From assembly GCA_035388665.1 (NCBI GenBank), contig DAOOQF010000002.1:1-34869 (forward strand): a stretch of DNA of 34,869 bases. The letters run 5' to 3'. Under the pieces are notes generated by a model, which worked only from the letters and a program-made list of their open reading frames with translations, made no database searches and was not told where the DNA came from. Numbering within the stretch: the first letter of the stretch is position 1; the number at the start of each line of letters is the position of its first letter. Both the position numbers and the translations under genes were made by a program. Positions 17,928 through 25,908 of this stretch are shown in pieces. This DNA is from a bacterium. Its GTDB lineage: Bacteria; Patescibacteriota; Patescibacteriia; Patescibacteriales; UBA12465.

Positions 17928-17956
17928 TTGATTATTTATTAAATTTGTATTATAAT
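17928..17956 (+). promoter_or_regulatory. Sigma70-type promoter for the beta-propeller gene
   Basis: TTGATT (17928-17933), 17-nt spacer, TATAAT (17951-17956), 35 nt upstream of the ATG at 17991. Confidence 0.55.
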
Positions 17957-17990
17957 ATTAAGGTATTAATATTATTAATTTTTTATAAAT

Positions 17991-20168
17991 ATGGAAAAAA
18001 ATAAAAAACTTACCTTCAAAAATGTTATTTTATTGGTTTTTTTAGCGGTTATAGTTGTGTCTTTTTTGGTTTTAAAAATTAAAGATTTTAAAATTAGCAA
18101 AAGGGTAGAATTAGATAATGATTATTTAACACAATTACCCTCTTCTGGTATTTTTGATCAAAATAATAAAGGGTTAATCAAAAAATTTGATTCTTATCAA
18201 GAATTGCAAGAATTTATTTCTGATAAGCAAGCCAATTCTGAAATGACTAATTATCTTAGAGATGGTTTAATGTTAGAGAAATCAATGGCCGTTGATGAGT
18301 CGATTAATGAAGTAGCTACTGGGCTGGGAAGCTCTGAAGATAGCTCGGTTGATTTTTCAAAGACTAATATTCAAGTTGAGGGTGTAGATGAAGCTGACAT
18401 TATCAAGACTGATGGAAAATATATTTATGCAGTGGTTGATAAGGACTTATATATAATTGAAGCTTATCCGGTCGAAGAAGCTAAGCTAATTAAAAAAATG
18501 AGCTTTGATAATTATTTAACTGATATTTATGTTAAGGATGAGAAATTAGTAGTTTTCGGTAATATGTCCGATTATGCTGTCTTTGAAAAAATGATATCTA
18601 GCTCTAGAATCTGGCCTGGCCCTTATAGCAATAATGTTTTTTTACAAGTTTTTAATGTTTCGGATATAGAAAATCCCGTCAAAGAAAGAGATTTTAAAAT
18701 TGAAGGAAATTATTTTAACTCTCGCTTAATTGGAGACCATCTTTATTTTATCGTTAATAATTACGGTCTATCTTCAGAGGTTTTACCTAAAATTTTCTAC
18801 CAAGAGGAAGAATTGAGTTTTGATTGTCAGGATGGTGTTAAATGTCTTAATCCCGATATTTATTATTTTGACACTCCTTATGACAGCTTTAATTTTTCAT
18901 CTGTTTTTTCGGTGAACTTATTTAACAAAGAAGAAGATTTTAAAAGCAGTTATTATCTATTACCAGCCAGTCAGAATATGTATGTTTCGCCCAATAATAT
19001 TTATTTGTCTTATACTAAATATTTGAATGAGTATGAAATAGAATCTGAAGTTCTTTTAGATTTAGTTTATTCTCGTTTAAGTGAAAAGGATCGTCAAGTA
19101 ATAGAAGAAATTAAAAACGTTTCTGAAAAAATATTAAGCGCCTCAGAAAAGAAATATAAGATTAGAAACATCTTGGATCTTTATATTTCTCTTTTAACTG
19201 CTCCTGAGCAAGAAGCTTTGGAGGCCGATATGATTTTGGCTATTAAAGATAGATATCCAAATTTAGAAAATGAAATTGAATCAACTATTATATACAAGCT
19301 TTCAGTGTTTAACGGGGTGGTTGAGCCCATGGTAGAGGGCTCAGTTCCTGGGTCTTTATTAAATCAATTTTCTATGGATGAATATAATAGTTATTTTCGA
19401 GTAGCAACCACTAAAAATGCTAATTGGTCTAAATATTCTAGCTCTCAAGAATCTTCTAATAATGTTTATATGTTAGATGGTAATATGCAAATAATTGGTA
19501 GTCTGGAAAATATGGCTCCTGGCGAGAGGATTTACTCAGTTCGATTTTTGGGAGACAGGGGGTATGTTGTGACCTTTGAGCAAGTTGATCCTTTGTTTTC
19601 TTTAGATTTGAGCAATCCTTATAGTCCAGCAATTTCAGGAGAATTAAAGATACCAGGATTCTCTAATTATTTACATCCATACGGAGATGATAAATTAATT
19701 GGTTTTGGCCAAGACACCGAAATTGTAGATGATAGGGTTATTACCAAAGGATTAAAATTATCATTGTTTGACGTTTCTCAGGGAACCCCTTTAGAATTGG
19801 ATTCTTATATTATTGGAGATTCTGGCAGTGAGTCAATTGCCTTGTATGATCACCACGCCTTTCTTTTTTCGGCAAATAAAAATATTTTGGCTGTCCCAGT
19901 AGTTTTAAGAGATAATTCAACTAATGATTATTGGGGTCGAGCTACCTTTAATGGCTTTATGATTTTTGAGATTGTTGATAATAAATTTCAATTAAAGGGA
20001 GAAATTACTCATTTAAACGAAGACATTTCTGACTTCGATAAATTTATGAATTATTCGGCCAAAAGATCTCTATATATTGAAAACAATTTTTATTCCTTTT
20101 CTAATAGATTAATAAAAATAAATAATTTGATTGATTTGTCAGATATTAAATCAATTGATTTAAAATAA
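17991..20168 (+). CDS. Secreted/membrane-anchored beta-propeller domain protein (Beta_propel / COG4880-type)
   Basis: 725 aa. N-terminal TM/signal anchor. Family-typical motifs as I recall them: TNIQVEGVDEADIIKTDGKYIY, GERIYSVRFLGDRGYVVTFEQVDPLFSLDLSNPYSPAISGELKIPGFSNYLHPYG, KRSLYIENNFYSFS. Confidence 0.8.
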   Translation: MEKNKKLTFKNVILLVFLAVIVVSFLVLKIKDFKISKRVELDNDYLTQLPSSGIFDQNNKGLIKKFDSYQELQEFISDKQANSEMTNYLRDGLMLEKSMAVDESINEVATGLGSSEDSSVDFSKTNIQVEGVDEADIIKTDGKYIYAVVDKDLYIIEAYPVEEAKLIKKMSFDNYLTDIYVKDEKLVVFGNMSDYAVFEKMISSSRIWPGPYSNNVFLQVFNVSDIENPVKERDFKIEGNYFNSRLIGDHLYFIVNNYGLSSEVLPKIFYQEEELSFDCQDGVKCLNPDIYYFDTPYDSFNFSSVFSVNLFNKEEDFKSSYYLLPASQNMYVSPNNIYLSYTKYLNEYEIESEVLLDLVYSRLSEKDRQVIEEIKNVSEKILSASEKKYKIRNILDLYISLLTAPEQEALEADMILAIKDRYPNLENEIESTIIYKLSVFNGVVEPMVEGSVPGSLLNQFSMDEYNSYFRVATTKNANWSKYSSSQESSNNVYMLDGNMQIIGSLENMAPGERIYSVRFLGDRGYVVTFEQVDPLFSLDLSNPYSPAISGELKIPGFSNYLHPYGDDKLIGFGQDTEIVDDRVITKGLKLSLFDVSQGTPLELDSYIIGDSGSESIALYDHHAFLFSANKNILAVPVVLRDNSTNDYWGRATFNGFMIFEIVDNKFQLKGEITHLNEDISDFDKFMNYSAKRSLYIENNFYSFSNRLIKINNLIDLSDIKSIDLK

Positions 20169-20179
20169 AAAATATAAAT

Positions 20180-20947
20180 ATGTTTAATCCAGTCTTTTCT
20201 AGAAAGAAAATTTTTTTATTTCATTTATTATTTTTTTTGCTATTGGTTTCCGCCTTTATTTGGTCAAAGTCTTTTTATTGGATTTTAATTTCTTTTAATG
20301 CTGTTTTCTTTTTTTATTTTCTTAGATTTAAAAAAATAATTGCAGAAAAAAAAGATTATTTGTTTTTTATTTTGCCGGGACTTTTTATAAATAGCTTAGC
20401 ATTTTATCTATCTTTATTAATTTCCAAATTTTATATTATTTTATTTCTAATAGTTGGTCTGATGGTTAGTTTCTACTATTTTAGTGGATTAAAAAAGAGA
20501 GTTTTTAGAAAAAATGTTCTAGGATCCGATAGCCTCTCCATTTGGTCGGATGTCTTAAGTTTATTGTTTTTATTTTTAACAGCCTCATTTTTTTACGGCC
20601 TGACCTATTTCTTAAACATTAATAATTGGGTCTTGTTTGTGTTTATTTCCTTGATGTTATTAGTTTCTTCTTGGCAAAATATTTTTCTTGCTAAAGAGAG
20701 CTTTAAAACAACTATTTTTTTCGGTTCCTTGTTTTTGTTTTCGGTTTTGCCTTTAGTCTGGATTTTGTTTTTTTTACCGTTTAATTATAATATACTTGGA
20801 TTATTATTATCCTTATGTTATTATTTAGGACTAAGTTTAATAAGGTTTTATTTAACCAAGGGTTTAACTATAAAAAAAATAAAATATAACTTAATTTTTA
20901 TTATTTCACTTTTAATCATCATATTATTGTTGGTTAAGTGGCGCTAG
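20180..20947 (+). CDS. Polytopic membrane protein, unknown function (about 7-8 predicted TM helices)
   Basis: 255 aa, almost entirely hydrophobic segments separated by short basic loops. No motif recognised. Starts 12 nt after the beta-propeller gene and ends 5 nt before the next ATG. Confidence 0.6.
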   Translation: MFNPVFSRKKIFLFHLLFFLLLVSAFIWSKSFYWILISFNAVFFFYFLRFKKIIAEKKDYLFFILPGLFINSLAFYLSLLISKFYIILFLIVGLMVSFYYFSGLKKRVFRKNVLGSDSLSIWSDVLSLLFLFLTASFFYGLTYFLNINNWVLFVFISLMLLVSSWQNIFLAKESFKTTIFFGSLFLFSVLPLVWILFFLPFNYNILGLLLSLCYYLGLSLIRFYLTKGLTIKKIKYNLIFIISLLIIILLLVKWR

Positions 20948-20952
20948 ATATT

Positions 20953-22089
20953 ATGAAAAAAATAAAAAAAGATAAAATTAATTTAGTGTTGGTAGTTGTT
21001 TGTGTCTCTTTTCTTCTTGGATTAATTGGTGGTGGACTGGCTTATATTTATTTTAATTCCTGGGGAGGATCCCAATTATTAGATTCAAATCAAGAAGTTA
21101 ATTTAAACTCTCCAGAATATAATAATACTAGCTTAATAATTCAGGATCCCAAAAAAGTATATATTAGTCAGGATTTGAAAATAGAGGAATCTCTAAATTA
21201 TTTTAGCGAGGCTGTGGTTGGAATTTTTCCAAAAATGAAAGAAATTGAAGACCCTTATCAAAATAATTATATAATTGGCGAGGAAAATTTTTCTGGCTTG
21301 ATAATTAGCAATGATGGTTGGGTGGTTATTAATGTTTTAGAAAATAATAATTTTGATAAAAATATTTTAAAGAACAAAGATAACTATGTGGTCGTTTCTA
21401 GAAAAGGTAAAAAAATTTACGACATTTCAGAGATCGTTGATTTTAGTAATAAAGGTTTATTATTTATAAAGATTAAAGACGTCAATAATTTGCCAGCTAG
21501 AAATTTTGTTAACATCGCTGACTTGAGATCTGGACAGACAATCTTGGCCTATAATTTCTCTGATGAGATCATTGTAAACACTATTAATTCAATTAATTCT
21601 GGTGAAGATTTAAAATTTTCTAATAATTATCAAAGCTATATAACTCTAAATAATGACCTACCAGAAAGTTTTAAGAATGGTTATTTATTTAATTTGAGCG
21701 GTGATTTATTGGGCTTGGTAGATAATGATCTTAATATTAGGCCTATCCATGATTTTAGGTCAAATATCTATGGCTTTCTAAAAAACAAAGAAGTGTCAGA
21801 TATTAAATTCGGGCTTTATTATTTAGATTTAAAAAATATTATTAGCGGTCAATTACCTGTTAGTGGGGCCTTAGTTTATAATAATGGTCTTAATCCTTTC
21901 ATGAGGGGGCAAATAGCTGAGTCTAGTGGTTTGCAAATTGGTGATATTATCACCAAAATAAATAATTATGAGATAAACGATCAGGCTAATTTTAATGATG
22001 TTCTAAATAATTTTGTTTTAGGGGATAAAATTAGTTTAATTATTATTAGAAACGGAGAAACCGTCGAATTAAAAATAGAATTAAAATAA
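20953..22089 (+). CDS. HtrA/DegP-like protein with C-terminal PDZ domain and a degenerate catalytic triad (pseudoprotease candidate)
   Basis: N-terminal TM helix. FSGLIISNDGWVVINVLEN aligns to the GSGFII..GYIVTNNHVV motif with His replaced by Leu. GLLFIKI aligns to DLAVLKI. FKNGYLFNLSGDLLGLV aligns to GNSGGPLVNLNGEVIGI with no Ser. The PDZ domain is SGLQIGDIITKINNYEINDQANFNDVL..GDKISLIIIRNGETVELKIEL. The ORF-track start 20938 is a GTG overlapping the upstream gene; I prefer the ATG at 20953. Confidence 0.65.
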   Translation: MKKIKKDKINLVLVVVCVSFLLGLIGGGLAYIYFNSWGGSQLLDSNQEVNLNSPEYNNTSLIIQDPKKVYISQDLKIEESLNYFSEAVVGIFPKMKEIEDPYQNNYIIGEENFSGLIISNDGWVVINVLENNNFDKNILKNKDNYVVVSRKGKKIYDISEIVDFSNKGLLFIKIKDVNNLPARNFVNIADLRSGQTILAYNFSDEIIVNTINSINSGEDLKFSNNYQSYITLNNDLPESFKNGYLFNLSGDLLGLVDNDLNIRPIHDFRSNIYGFLKNKEVSDIKFGLYYLDLKNIISGQLPVSGALVYNNGLNPFMRGQIAESSGLQIGDIITKINNYEINDQANFNDVLNNFVLGDKISLIIIRNGETVELKIELK

Positions 22090-22110
22090 TCCTTATTAAT
22101 TTAATTTTTT

Positions 22111-23283
22111 ATGAAACTTCAAAGTTTAACTGGAAATATTAGAGCTATAAAAAACAAAAAAGTTTTTTTAAGAGTAGATTTTAATGTGCCGATTTCTAAT
22201 AATAGGATTAAAGAAGACTTTAAAATTAGACAAAGTTTGGAAACAATAAAATTTTTTTTAAAGAATAATTGTCAAATAATTTTAGCTAGCCATTTGGGTC
22301 AACCTAAGTCTGGCTTTGAGTCTAAATATTCTTTATCCCCAATTGCTAAATATTTATCAAAAATATTAAAGAAAAAAATAGTCTTTTTAGATTTTAGAAA
22401 ATTTTCTGATTTTAAAAATATTAGAGAGGAAATAAAAAATAATAATCAAGTTAAAATTTTTTTACTTGATAATCTAAGATTTTATTCAGGAGAAGAGAGA
22501 AATTGTAAAAAATTAGGTAAGTCTTTAGCTTCCTTGGCCGATGTTTATGTAAATGATGCTTTTGCTGTTTCTCATCGAGCTAATTCTTCAGTATCTTCAA
22601 TTAGAGTCAATAAACCATCCTTTATGGGCTTTTTACTAGAAAAGGAGATTGTTAGTTTAAATAGAATTTTAAAGCCTAAAAAACCTTTTGTGGTTATCAT
22701 GGGTGGCGCCAAAATTTCAACTAAAATTCCAATTATAAAAAAATTATATAATAAAGCTAATACTATTTTGCTAGGAGGGGCTTTGGTAAATAATTTTTTT
22801 CTAGCCAAGGGATTTAATGTTGGAAAATCATTGGTTGATAATTCTGGAGAAAAGATAATCAAAAATTTTTTAAAATCTAAAAAGATAATTTTGCCCGTCG
22901 ATGTTAAAGTTTTGTCGGGAAGTTCTAAGAACAAGAGTATTAACAACAAGAGTCTCTCTGAAATTGCTGATAACGACGTTATTTTAGATATTGGGACAAA
23001 AACAATTGAATTATTTTCTAAATATATTGATAAGGCTCAAACTATTGTTTGGAACGGGCCGATGGGAAAATTTGAGGAGGCTGATTTTAGAAAGGGAACT
23101 ATTGCTATTGCTCGAGAGATTGCTATTAGATCGGGTGGAAGGGCCTTTGGTGTTGCTGGTGGTGGCGAGACAGTGGAGGCACTTAATTTATCAAAAAAGA
23201 AAAAATATATGGATTGGGTTTCAACTGGTGGCGGTGCAATGTTGTCTTATTTAGCTGGAGAAAGAATGCCGGGCATAGAATAA
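22111..23283 (+). CDS. pgk: Phosphoglycerate kinase
   Basis: 390 aa. Motifs: VFLRVDFNVP, ASHLGQPK, VYVNDAFAVSHRANSS, GGAKISTKI, WNGPMGKFE, GGGETV. Confidence 0.95.
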   Translation: MKLQSLTGNIRAIKNKKVFLRVDFNVPISNNRIKEDFKIRQSLETIKFFLKNNCQIILASHLGQPKSGFESKYSLSPIAKYLSKILKKKIVFLDFRKFSDFKNIREEIKNNNQVKIFLLDNLRFYSGEERNCKKLGKSLASLADVYVNDAFAVSHRANSSVSSIRVNKPSFMGFLLEKEIVSLNRILKPKKPFVVIMGGAKISTKIPIIKKLYNKANTILLGGALVNNFFLAKGFNVGKSLVDNSGEKIIKNFLKSKKIILPVDVKVLSGSSKNKSINNKSLSEIADNDVILDIGTKTIELFSKYIDKAQTIVWNGPMGKFEEADFRKGTIAIAREIAIRSGGRAFGVAGGGETVEALNLSKKKKYMDWVSTGGGAMLSYLAGERMPGIE

Positions 23284-23310
23284 TATTTAAATATTTAATA
23301 AATCTAAAAT

Positions 23311-24573
23311 ATGAGTAAAATAATAAAAATTATTGGAAGAGAAATATTGGATTCTCGTGGAAACCCCACGGTTGAAGCTAAGGTCTTTTTAGAAAATGGA
23401 ATTTGGGCTAAGGCGGCAGTTCCTTCTGGAGCTTCTACTGGAGTTCATGAGGCTCATGAATTAAGGGATGGAGATAAAAAGAGATACCATGGCCTAGGAG
23501 TTCTAAAGGCAATCAAAAATATTAATGGCCCTATTGCAAAAATTTTAGTAGGAGAAGATGTTTTAAATCAGAAGAAAATTGATCAAAAAATGATTAAGCT
23601 AGACGGTACTGAAAATAAGAAAAGAATTGGAGCTAATGCCATTTTAGCTGTTTCTTTAGCAACGGCTAGGGCAGGAGCTTTATGTTCCGGACAAGAACTT
23701 TATGAATATTTAGCTGAAACTTTTGACTTTTCTAAAAGGTATAAATTACCGACTCCTTCCTTTAATGTTGTAAATGGCGGAGCTCATGCTGATAATAATT
23801 TGGACTTTCAGGAATTTATGATCGTTCCGAATATTAAAACAATTAGCTTTTCAGAGAAATTGAGAATGGGAGCAGAAATTTTTCATGAATTAGGAAAAAT
23901 TTTAAAGAGTAGAGAAATGAATACTGGCGTTGGAAATGAAGGTGGTTACGCGCCTGATGTTAGTTTTAGCGCTGAGGCTTTGGAATTAATCATTTTAGCT
24001 GGTCAAAAGGCTGGATACAAGGTTGGCCAAAATTTTTTTCTAGGGACAGATGTTGGCTCCTCAGAGCTATATGATAATAAAAATAAAAAATATTGTTTTT
24101 CTCTAGATAATAAATCTCTGAACTCCTCAGAGCTAATAAAAATGTATCAAGATTGGTTTAAAAAATACAAAATATTTTTTATTGAAGACGGTTTAGCCGA
24201 GGATGATTGGGCTGGCTGGAAAGAATTAACTAAAAAGATAGGGAAAAATGTTTTATTAATTGGTGATGATCTATTTGTTACTAACAAAAAAAGATTGAAG
24301 AAAGGGATTGATCAAAAAATTGCCAATGCTGTATTAATAAAACTTAATCAAGTCGGAACCCTCTCTGAGACAATCGAAACTATCAAAATGGCCCAAAAGA
24401 ATAATTATAAAATAATGATTTCCCATCGTAGTGGAGAGACTAGCGATGATTTTATTGCTGATTTAGCTGTTGCTGTTTCGGCTGAGTTTATTAAATCTGG
24501 TTCATTATCTAGAAGTGAGAGATTGGCAAAGTATAATAGGTTATTGGAGATTGAAGAGAACCTTAAAAAATAA
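23311..24573 (+). CDS. eno: Enolase
   Basis: 420 aa. Motifs: IIGREILDSRGNPTVEA, SGASTGVHEAHELRDGD, VGDDLFVTN, LIKLNQVGTLSET, SHRSGETSD. Confidence 0.97.
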   Translation: MSKIIKIIGREILDSRGNPTVEAKVFLENGIWAKAAVPSGASTGVHEAHELRDGDKKRYHGLGVLKAIKNINGPIAKILVGEDVLNQKKIDQKMIKLDGTENKKRIGANAILAVSLATARAGALCSGQELYEYLAETFDFSKRYKLPTPSFNVVNGGAHADNNLDFQEFMIVPNIKTISFSEKLRMGAEIFHELGKILKSREMNTGVGNEGGYAPDVSFSAEALELIILAGQKAGYKVGQNFFLGTDVGSSELYDNKNKKYCFSLDNKSLNSSELIKMYQDWFKKYKIFFIEDGLAEDDWAGWKELTKKIGKNVLLIGDDLFVTNKKRLKKGIDQKIANAVLIKLNQVGTLSETIETIKMAQKNNYKIMISHRSGETSDDFIADLAVAVSAEFIKSGSLSRSERLAKYNRLLEIEENLKK

Positions 24574-24575
24574 TT

Positions 24576-25439
24576 ATGGGAAAATCTGATATAAAAAATA
24601 AGTTAGCAGTTTTTTTAACTATCGATGGATGGGGTATCTCTTTGAATACCGAAAATAATGCTATTAGAAAAGCTAATATTCCTGGTTTCAAGAATCTAGT
24701 AGCTAATTTTCCGGCTACTGTTATTGAAACTCCTGATTTAGAGCTAAGTGATGTCTATAGATCTTTTGGATTAGGAATTGATATTAAGTCTTCTGGTAAT
24801 TATGAAAAATCAGTTTCTGTCTCTAAAATTATTTCACAATTTGATCTAAATCAATTAAAGATTTCTGCTAGCTGTGATTTTCCTCTAATCTCAACTTTTT
24901 TTAATAATTCCTTAGAAAGATATCCAAATGAAGATTGGATTATAGTAGATAAAAAAAAGAGCCCCCTATTATCTTTTTTTGGCAAAGATGCTTTAGTGGA
25001 TGAATTAATTAAAAATATAAAATCGAATAAATATAATTTTATATCTTCTTGTCTGTCTGAAATTGGCTTAGAGGTTTTAGGTGGTAATTTTTTATCAATC
25101 ATTTCAGCAGTAGAAAATATTTCTGAATCTTTAGAGAAGATAGCGAAAGCAGTCCTAGAAGTAGATGGAGTTTTAATAATAACTAGTGCTTATGGTGGGG
25201 CAGAGGATGCTTATAATATTGGTACGGGTTTAGCTAATAAAAAAAGAACAAAAAATAATGTCCCTTTTTTAATTATTGGCCAAAGTTTTGAGGGAAAGAC
25301 TATTGGTCTGAAAGAGGCTCCTAATAATGATTTAAGTTTGCTTAATCCTCAAGGTAATTACATGAGTATTGCCCCAACAATTTTAAAGATTTTAAATCTT
25401 CCAATAGCCTCTTCTATGAGCGATAATAGTTTTGTTTAG
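24576..25439 (+). CDS. Cofactor-independent phosphoglycerate mutase (iPGM)-like protein. It has the phosphatase-core fold only, and the catalytic/metal residues are not conserved.
   Basis: 287 aa versus about 510 aa for GpmI. The N-terminus LAVFLTIDGWGIS..NAIRKANIPGFKNLVANFPATVIE aligns with iPGM IILDG..NAV..A..P.FD. The C-terminal half aligns with the iPGM core: KYNFISSCLSE versus KYD.II.NYANPDMVGH, IITSAYGGAED versus IITADHGNAE, MSIAPTILKILNLP versus LGDLAPTMLDLLGLP. The GQMGNSEVGH Ser motif and the whole transferase domain are absent. Confidence 0.6.
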   Translation: MGKSDIKNKLAVFLTIDGWGISLNTENNAIRKANIPGFKNLVANFPATVIETPDLELSDVYRSFGLGIDIKSSGNYEKSVSVSKIISQFDLNQLKISASCDFPLISTFFNNSLERYPNEDWIIVDKKKSPLLSFFGKDALVDELIKNIKSNKYNFISSCLSEIGLEVLGGNFLSIISAVENISESLEKIAKAVLEVDGVLIITSAYGGAEDAYNIGTGLANKKRTKNNVPFLIIGQSFEGKTIGLKEAPNNDLSLLNPQGNYMSIAPTILKILNLPIASSMSDNSFV

Positions 25440-25885
25440 ATAATATTAAAAAAAATAAATATAATTATTCCAATAGCTATTCCTAGTAAGCATCCAGCTA
25501 TAACCTCTATCTTAGTATGCCCAATTCTTTCTTTAAGAATTGGGTATTTTTCATCTAGAAATTGATCATCTTTTAGATCTTTTATCAAGATGTTTATAAT
25601 GGCGCCTTGTTGCCCTAGATACTGTCTAAGTTTAAGAGCGTCATTTATTACAATAACAGCAAAGGCTATGGTTAGGGCAAAGATTGGCGAAGTAATTCCT
25701 TGAGTTAGTCCTATTATTACCACTAATGATGAAACAAAGGCGCTATGGCCAGAAGGCATTCCAGCATAGGAAAATTTTATTAAATCAATTAACTTCATGT
25801 TATTGCGATGGCTTAACATTATTTTTATAATTTGAGCAATCGCTGCGGAAATAAAGGGGGTTAAAAGAATGGAATATAAATTCAT
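25436..25885 (-). CDS. Divergent PAP2 family membrane protein (acid phosphatase / vanadium haloperoxidase-related, YuiD-like)
   Basis: 149 aa. Motifs: AQIIKIM, AGMPSGHSAFVSSL, VINDALKLRQYLGQQG. Confidence 0.75.
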   Translation of the reverse strand: MNLYSILLTPFISAAIAQIIKIMLSHRNNMKLIDLIKFSYAGMPSGHSAFVSSLVVIIGLTQGITSPIFALTIAFAVIVINDALKLRQYLGQQGAIINILIKDLKDDQFLDEKYPILKERIGHTKIEVIAGCLLGIAIGIIIFIFFNII

Positions 25886-25908
25886 TTTTTTATTTTAATT
25901 TTTATGAA

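Noticed and set aside
25436-25439. Convergent iPGM-like and PAP2 genes share overlapping stop codons (TTAG: TAG on the + strand, TAA on the - strand)
   Set aside because: The overlap is real, but it is a trivial consequence of genome compaction. There is no structure or regulatory element to interpret.
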